A DNA stretch of 64,000 bases from Candidatus Gottesmanbacteria bacterium (GTDB lineage Bacteria > Patescibacteriota > Microgenomatia > UBA10105 > UBA927), in NCBI GenBank assembly GCA_023245355.1, contig JAHFKN010000005.1, positions 33,290 through 97,289 of the forward strand. The letters are read 5' to 3'. Below the pieces are notes generated by a model that saw only the letters and a list, made by a program, of their open reading frames with translations, ran no database searches and had not been told where the DNA came from. The position numbers and the translations under genes were made by a program. Shown piece by piece: positions 58,366 to 64,000 of this stretch. Positions within the stretch are counted from its first letter, which is position 1, and each line of letters starts with the position of its first letter.

Positions 58366-60534
58366 CTAACTTTCTTTGGATTCAGCCTGGCTGTTGAGGA
58401 AATCATCCGGATTTTTAATCAGTACGTCACGGGGTTTGGACCCTTCTCCCGGACCGATGATGCCCGCCATCTCCAGCTGATCCAGAATCCGTGCCGCACG
58501 GGCGTATCCTACCGATAACCTCCGCTGGAGTAACGATGCGGACGCTTTGTCATATTGGCATACCAAACGCAGCGCATCTTCAAACAACTGATCTCTACCG
58601 TCACCCCCGGAGGTATTGCCGCCTTTCTTCATGGCACTTGAGGGCTGACTTAACACTTCTTCGGTATAATGGACTTCGACCTGTTTATTTTTGAAAAACT
58701 CCACGACTTTTCCGACTTCTTTGTCGGACACGAACGTTCCCTGGATACGCATCGGCTTTGCCTGATCCGGAGGAACATAGAGCATGTCACCCCTTCCGAG
58801 CAGCTTCTCGGCACCCGGCATATCGATGATGACGCGTGAGTCAATCATTGAGGACACGTTAAATGCGATACGCGCCGGGATATTGGCTTTGATAAGCCCC
58901 GTAATGACATCGACGCTCGGCCGTTGGGTAGCAACTACCAGATGAATTCCTGTCGCGCGTGCCATCTGCGCGATGCGGCAAATCGTATCCTCGACTTCTA
59001 CGGGGGCGTAGGCCATAAGATCTGCCAATTCGTCGATGATGATGACGATAAACGGGAGCGCCTGGAATCCTGACAGCTCGTTAAACCCGTCGATGTTACG
59101 CACCCCGACTTCCGCAAATTGCTTATACCGGCGTTCCATTTCCTGGGTCGCCCACCGTAATGCCGATAATATTTTGTCCGTTTCCACGATGACAGGTGTT
59201 AAAAGATGCGGCACGCCGTTGTAGCCTACTAATTCCACGCGCTTCGGATCGACGAGAATGAGACGGACTTCAGCCGGTGACGTACGGTACAGCAAGCTGC
59301 AGATCCAGGAGTTCAGAAGCACCGACTTACCGGATCCGGTCGTACCGGCAACCAGCACGTGCGGCATTTTTGCGATATCCCCGATCATCGGATTCCCGGA
59401 GACATCCAGTCCCATCGCAACCGACAGCTTGCTCTTTGCTTTTTTCATGTTATCGGCAAGCAGCATGCGTTTAAGGGTTACGAACTCAAGTCCGCGGTTG
59501 GGAATTTCGATTCCGACCAGATCCCGGCCGGGAATCGGCGCTTCGATACGGACCTGACCGGTCGGGGCTGCAAGAGCCAAAGCCATATCACTTGCCAATG
59601 ATGTAATTTTTGAGACTTTGGTACCCAGGGAAAGTTTGATGGCGTATTGGGTGACGGCCGGGCCGGGATTCACTTCCACGACGTCCGCCTGTACGCCGAA
59701 GCTGTCCAGTGTTTTTTCAATAACGTCCGCATTTTTGCGTACGTCTCCGCGGTCTGCTTTCTCACCCGGTCCGTCGGAAAGCATCGTCACGTCCGGATAT
59801 TCCCACATCTTCATATCCTGAGCTGCTGCAAGCGCGGGAGAAATAGATATACCATTGCTTTCTTTTTCTTTCGGAGTAGTTGTTCCCGATTTTTGCGGCA
59901 CCGGGGGAGGAGTCATGGGATTCTTAAGAAGCGGCTTTTCATTATCCGTGGAACCGATCTTAAGCTGTGCCTTTTGCTGTCCTCCGATCACAAGTGGTGC
60001 TTTCTGGTTCCTAGCACCCAGGGAGGCAAACCACTCAAGTATGGTTTGCGCCCCCATCAGCAGGAAATTGATAAACCGGTCAAGAGACGCATTAAACATC
60101 ACAATCACTCCGATAAGGATAACCCCCAGAAAAAGTAACGTGGCACCCTCAGGAGCAATGGCGTCCGATGTGAGCATCCATACCGTATCGCCGGTATCTC
60201 CTGCGCGCGTGAGCGAAAGCAGGCCCACCAGCATAATCCCGAGCCCCAACGGCACATTCTGATTCCCTAAGTCCGACTTCACCTTAAAAAACAATGTGCT
60301 GGCTGACACCAGGAACACCGGAAGCAGGTACATGACCCATCCGAAGTGGTTAATGAGGCTGCTCCGCAGTGATGAGAGCATGGCGCCTTCACCGAAAAAC
60401 GACAGACTGATGGCGGCAGCAAACAACCAGAACCAAATAGCGGCAACCGTATACACGGTCTGCTTCTTGAGCTTCAGACCAAATCCTTTGCGTTTATGAT
60501 ATTTGCGTTTCGACTTTCTAAATTTAAATGCCAT
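58366..60534 (-). CDS. ftsK: DNA translocase FtsK/SpoIIIE
   Basis: N-terminal 4 TM; motor domain with Walker A GTTGSGKS; C-terminal gamma winged-helix (…LLQRRLSVGYARAARILDQLE…); TTGACA-16-TATAGG promoter-like sequence upstream at about 60600-60630. Confidence 0.9.
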   Translation of the reverse strand: MAFKFRKSKRKYHKRKGFGLKLKKQTVYTVAAIWFWLFAAAISLSFFGEGAMLSSLRSSLINHFGWVMYLLPVFLVSASTLFFKVKSDLGNQNVPLGLGIMLVGLLSLTRAGDTGDTVWMLTSDAIAPEGATLLFLGVILIGVIVMFNASLDRFINFLLMGAQTILEWFASLGARNQKAPLVIGGQQKAQLKIGSTDNEKPLLKNPMTPPPVPQKSGTTTPKEKESNGISISPALAAAQDMKMWEYPDVTMLSDGPGEKADRGDVRKNADVIEKTLDSFGVQADVVEVNPGPAVTQYAIKLSLGTKVSKITSLASDMALALAAPTGQVRIEAPIPGRDLVGIEIPNRGLEFVTLKRMLLADNMKKAKSKLSVAMGLDVSGNPMIGDIAKMPHVLVAGTTGSGKSVLLNSWICSLLYRTSPAEVRLILVDPKRVELVGYNGVPHLLTPVIVETDKILSALRWATQEMERRYKQFAEVGVRNIDGFNELSGFQALPFIVIIIDELADLMAYAPVEVEDTICRIAQMARATGIHLVVATQRPSVDVITGLIKANIPARIAFNVSSMIDSRVIIDMPGAEKLLGRGDMLYVPPDQAKPMRIQGTFVSDKEVGKVVEFFKNKQVEVHYTEEVLSQPSSAMKKGGNTSGGDGRDQLFEDALRLVCQYDKASASLLQRRLSVGYARAARILDQLEMAGIIGPGEGSKPRDVLIKNPDDFLNSQAESKES

Positions 60535-60643
60535 AGTTTCGGTAATCTCCAGTATAGAAACAGCCACGTACGAATGCAACGCCAACACCCTACTCCCCTT
60601 ACCTACTAATATCCTATAGTAAATATAGGGGAGGTGTCAAGTC

Positions 60644-62425
60644 TTATACTTCCAGCACCACCGGAACGATGAGCGGGCTTCTGCCTGTTTCCTTGAGGAG
60701 GTATTCCTTCAGCGATTCTTCTATGCGTTTCTTGACCATCTGCCAATCGGTTATTCTCCCCTTTTTGAGGGTAAGGGCGTGCTCAGCGACAGATGACGCC
60801 CGGTTGAGTAATTGCTGAGACCCTTTGGCATACACGAACCCGCGCGTAATAATCTCCGGCGGACTAATCATGCGGCCGTTTCTCCTGTCGACGGGAATGA
60901 CTACAACCACTATCCCCTCGTGGGCTATAACCTGCCGGTCCTTGAGTACCACGTTTCCGACATCACCGATACCTAACCCGTCGATCATAATATCTTCAAG
61001 CGGAACGCGGTCAACAATGCGGGGCGCTCCATGCTCACTGAACTCCATCACCTCACCGTCTTCGGGAATCAATACTTCCCGTTTGTCATATCCCAAATCA
61101 CCCGCGAGTCTGCGGTACTGCATGAGATGCTTATACGTGCCGCCGATCGGCCACACATATCTGGGTCCGACTGCCGACAACAAAAGCATCATGTCACCTG
61201 AACTTCCGTGTCCGGATACGTGAAGGTCTTCCATGATATCGCTGTAGGAAACCCGGGCTCCGTGCCGGTATATCTGATCGATCAGCTTATTGACGTCATT
61301 TTCCCGTCCCGGTATCGGATCGGCGGAAATAATGACCGTATCCGCATCGGTAAGCCGGACCATTTTATGCGCGTCACTGGCAATCCTGAAAAGATTGGAT
61401 GACGGCTGTCCCTGTGCGCCTGCCACGACAAGAAATTGTTTCTCTGCCGGCAGCCGCTTAAGATCGCGGTCATTGATAATGACGTCACGCGGAAACTTCA
61501 TGTATCCCAATTTCACCGATTCCTCGACGTTTTTGTCGATACTGCGCCCCAAGAAGGCAATTTTGCGGCCGTGTTTTTGTGCAAGTTCTATTGCCAGCTG
61601 TATACGGGAGATGTTACTCGACTGGGTCGTAAACAACACCTTTCCGTGGCTTAACCGCAGCTCTTTTTCTATCGTCTCGCCGATAATCTGCTCCGACGGG
61701 GTAAATCCCGGTCGCTCACTCCCCAGACAGTCGGAAAGCATACAAAGGACGCCCTTTTTCCCGACGGCGTTAATTTTGTGCAGTTCCGACGGCTTATTGT
61801 CGAGAGGAGTCGGATCAAACTTGAAATCACTCCCGTGATAAAAAATGCCGATAGGTGTTTCTATGACCAGATGCGATGTATCCGGCACGGAATGCGTGAG
61901 ACGGATAAACGACACCTTAAACGGCCCCGCTTCGACGTGTTTATCGAAACTCATGCCCTGTACGCGGTCCCGAATCGGCGTTTCTTTAAGCTTCAGGTTG
62001 GCAAATGCGGCAGCCAGGGTAGGCGCATACATCGGGATTTTCCCTAACTTCGGATAAATATACGGAAGTCCGCCGATATGGTCGTCGTGACCGTGTGTAA
62101 ATACGATCGCGCGTATTTTATCGCGCTTATCCATAAGATAGCGCACGTCCGGAATCACTAAATCGACACCGAACATTTCTTCATCGGGAAACCCGATACC
62201 GCAGTCCACAATCAGGATATCCCGGAGCTTTCCGTCGTACCTGTACTCATACAGGTACATGTTTTTGGTTACGTTACCGGCGCCGCCCATGGGGAAAATA
62301 CGTACCGTATCTTTCCCGGTGCTGCTGCCGAATGATCTCCCTTCAAACACTTGTTTGGCCTGCGGTTGCTGTCCGTGCTGGACATACCGTGTATGCAGGG
62401 GGGGATGTGTATATGTTCTTTTCAT
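60644..62425 (-). CDS. rnj: Ribonuclease J
   Basis: 593 aa; HGHDDHIG MBL motif, beta-CASP domain, RNase J C-terminal domain. Confidence 0.9.
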   Translation of the reverse strand: MKRTYTHPPLHTRYVQHGQQPQAKQVFEGRSFGSSTGKDTVRIFPMGGAGNVTKNMYLYEYRYDGKLRDILIVDCGIGFPDEEMFGVDLVIPDVRYLMDKRDKIRAIVFTHGHDDHIGGLPYIYPKLGKIPMYAPTLAAAFANLKLKETPIRDRVQGMSFDKHVEAGPFKVSFIRLTHSVPDTSHLVIETPIGIFYHGSDFKFDPTPLDNKPSELHKINAVGKKGVLCMLSDCLGSERPGFTPSEQIIGETIEKELRLSHGKVLFTTQSSNISRIQLAIELAQKHGRKIAFLGRSIDKNVEESVKLGYMKFPRDVIINDRDLKRLPAEKQFLVVAGAQGQPSSNLFRIASDAHKMVRLTDADTVIISADPIPGRENDVNKLIDQIYRHGARVSYSDIMEDLHVSGHGSSGDMMLLLSAVGPRYVWPIGGTYKHLMQYRRLAGDLGYDKREVLIPEDGEVMEFSEHGAPRIVDRVPLEDIMIDGLGIGDVGNVVLKDRQVIAHEGIVVVVIPVDRRNGRMISPPEIITRGFVYAKGSQQLLNRASSVAEHALTLKKGRITDWQMVKKRIEESLKEYLLKETGRSPLIVPVVLEV

Positions 62426-62496
62426 ATGACTCTACTTTCTCTCTTTCGAGGCAGAAGTTTACCTGGTTTTTGGGGATGTAATAATCTCTCTGTTCT

Positions 62497-63597
62497 TTAG
62501 TAAACTTCTATAAAATTTTTGATATTTTCTTCCGTAATACGGAATGTTTTTGCCTTACCTTCCACAATGGACAGCGCGACTTTGCGGCATACACTGTTTA
62601 AGGTTCTTTCAATACTGCGGATACCGGCATCGTATCCTAAGGGCCGCACGAGCTTGGCCCACATACCTTCGTCTATCGTCAGATTTTCGCTTGTCAGTCC
62701 TGACTCCTTCATCAGGGCGGGCATCACGTAATCTTTCGCAATCCGTATCTTCTCCTCGTCCGTATAGGACGGCATCTGAATCGGTTCCAACCGGTCCAAT
62801 ACTGCTGTTGCGATATTGGTCGTGTTGTTGCTTGTTGCGATAAAAAGCACTTCGGACAAATCAAACGGATAGTCCATGTAATGATCGACAAACGCGGAAT
62901 TTTGTTCCGGGTCCAACAGCTCGACCAATACACCCATGATATCTCCGCGCGCATGCTCGGATACGCGGTCGATTTCATCAAGCAGGATAACCGGATTTTT
63001 GGTTCCTGCAAACCGGAGTCCCTTAAGAATCAATCCGATTTCCGCATCAGGACGCACCCGGGACTGACCGCGAAGCTCAAGCGCATCGGACATTCCTCCG
63101 AATGCGATACGCACAAATCTCCGTCCCATGGCCTGGGCGATCGATTTGGCGAGCGTCGTTTTTCCGGTACCGACCAATCCGACCAGACACAAAATCGGTG
63201 CCCGGCGCGCAAGCATCGCGTGGGTGGATTTCGCCTCTGTCTCACGCTTATCTGCTGCAACAGATTCCAGTTTCCACCGGTCCTGGTTTAATTTGATGAC
63301 AGCCAGATACTCCAGAATCCGCTCTTTGACGGGCTGTAATCCGTAATGATGGGTCTCAAGGATTTTACGGGCGTTGGCCAAATCGAGTTCATCGTTGCTT
63401 CGCTCGTTCCAGGGAAGGCTTACGACCCAGTCGATGTACCGGAGCATTTGTTCTATGTGAACGCGTGCGCTGATGTCATGTTCCAGCCGTTCAATTTCCT
63501 CGAGATTTGCGATAACCCGCGTTTCCATCTCGGGAGGAACATGCACCTCTTTCAATTTTTTACGGAGAATACCGACTTCATCGAGCAGTCTGGACAT
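62497..63597 (-). CDS. Lon-type AAA+ ATPase module (no LON N-domain, no protease domain)
   Basis: 366 aa collinear with Lon residues around the AAA+ module: HHYGLQPVKERILEYLAV, Walker A GLVGTGKTT, Walker B ILLDEIDR, VLDPEQNSAF, sensor/lid to …SVCRKVA…; ends at the lid, only 71 nt before rnj. Confidence 0.75.
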   Translation of the reverse strand: MSRLLDEVGILRKKLKEVHVPPEMETRVIANLEEIERLEHDISARVHIEQMLRYIDWVVSLPWNERSNDELDLANARKILETHHYGLQPVKERILEYLAVIKLNQDRWKLESVAADKRETEAKSTHAMLARRAPILCLVGLVGTGKTTLAKSIAQAMGRRFVRIAFGGMSDALELRGQSRVRPDAEIGLILKGLRFAGTKNPVILLDEIDRVSEHARGDIMGVLVELLDPEQNSAFVDHYMDYPFDLSEVLFIATSNNTTNIATAVLDRLEPIQMPSYTDEEKIRIAKDYVMPALMKESGLTSENLTIDEGMWAKLVRPLGYDAGIRSIERTLNSVCRKVALSIVEGKAKTFRITEENIKNFIEVY

Positions 63598-63613
63598 GAT
63601 TCTATACTATCAC

Positions 63614-64000
63614 TTAAAACCGTCTTCGTCCCCGGTCAAATCCGCCCCGGCGTCCGCCGCCTCCATGACGGTCTCCGCCGCCTGATCCGCCCCGGGCATC
63701 CCGGCGCTCTGCGGATTTCTTTTCGGCATCTTCCCCAAACAGCATGGAGAGATTGATTCTGTGCATATCGTCGATCTCCATAACTCTCACTTTTACCTTC
63801 TGGCCGATCGTGACGAGTTTTGCCGGATCATCGACAAAATCCACGCTCATTTGAGACACATGAACCATGCCTTCTTTGCCGGGCAATATCTCGACAAACG
63901 CACCGAACGGAAGAATCCGTTTGACTTCGCCCTCAAACTCTTCCCCTGGTTCGACATCGTGGGTAAGTCCTTCGACCCATTCGACTGCTTTCTGGACGTT
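63614..64000 (-). CDS. pnp: Polyribonucleotide nucleotidyltransferase (PNPase), C-terminal S1 domain part; gene runs off window end
   Basis: Reverse-strand translation …GEVKRILPFGAFVEILPGKEGMVHVSQMS…KVKVRVMEIDDMHRINLS… matches the PNPase S1 domain consensus (…DFGAFV…GKEGLVHISQ…), then a Gly/Arg-rich tail. Confidence 0.7.
   Translation of the reverse strand, partial: NVQKAVEWVEGLTHDVEPGEEFEGEVKRILPFGAFVEILPGKEGMVHVSQMSVDFVDDPAKLVTIGQKVKVRVMEIDDMHRINLSMLFGEDAEKKSAERRDARGGSGGGDRHGGGGRRGGFDRGRRRF

Noticed and set aside
1-64000. Search for tRNA/rRNA/tmRNA/RNase P/SRP hallmarks (GGTTCGAATCC-like T-loops, GGAAAGTCCGGGC, 3' CCA contexts) in intergenic gaps
   Set aside because: No convincing matches seen by eye in the larger gaps (5148-5303, 9035-9553, 21069-21273, 29511-29659, 36110-36380, 53534-53642). 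No RNA gene is claimed, but a covariance-model scan is needed to be sure.

Overview
This 64 kb window looks like a stretch of bacterial chromosome, possibly from a Candidate Phyla Radiation/Patescibacteria-type genome. That assignment is inferred only from gene content (AMP-phosphorylase-like gene, sortase, DUF2207, CapA, truncated AlaRS, many small secreted proteins). The left third, all on the minus strand, is a large translation/transcription supercluster: rpoB-rpoC-rpsL-rpsG-[4 kb insertion]-fusA-tuf-rpsJ-rplC-rplD-rplW-rplB-rpsS-rplV-rpsC-rplP-rpmC-rpsQ-rplN-(rplX, partial). The str operon is interrupted between rpsG and fusA by a DipZ-like CcdA-thioredoxin fusion, two small Cys-rich exported proteins, an AlkA-like HhH-GPD glycosylase and a hypothetical protein. 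The rest of the window is housekeeping and envelope genes: TspO, cyclophilin, HflX, two beta-CASP MBL RNases including RNase J, FtsK, RodZ-like, MltG, sortase, AlaRS, EamA transporters, CutA and an Ldh_2 dehydrogenase. Scattered among them are several odd stand-alone proteins: a Cas4-like Fe-S PD-(D/E)XK nuclease, a triple topoisomerase-type zinc-ribbon protein and a Lon AAA+ module without a protease domain. The most striking feature is a ~5.1 kb strongly AT-rich island (about 29.5-34.6 kb). It contains a beta-class SPPY DNA methyltransferase convergent with a three-gene operon: a ParB/DGQ(Q/H)R-like protein, an SNF2-family helicase and a DUF3883 (NOV_C, PD-(D/E)XK-like) protein. This looks like a horizontally acquired, RM-like defence module. 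I do not recognise this gene combination as a described system, but I cannot search a catalogue from here. There are also recurring GCGAAGC-type terminator hairpins placed immediately upstream of start codons, which suggests attenuator-style leaders. No rRNA, tRNA or CRISPR arrays were recognised.
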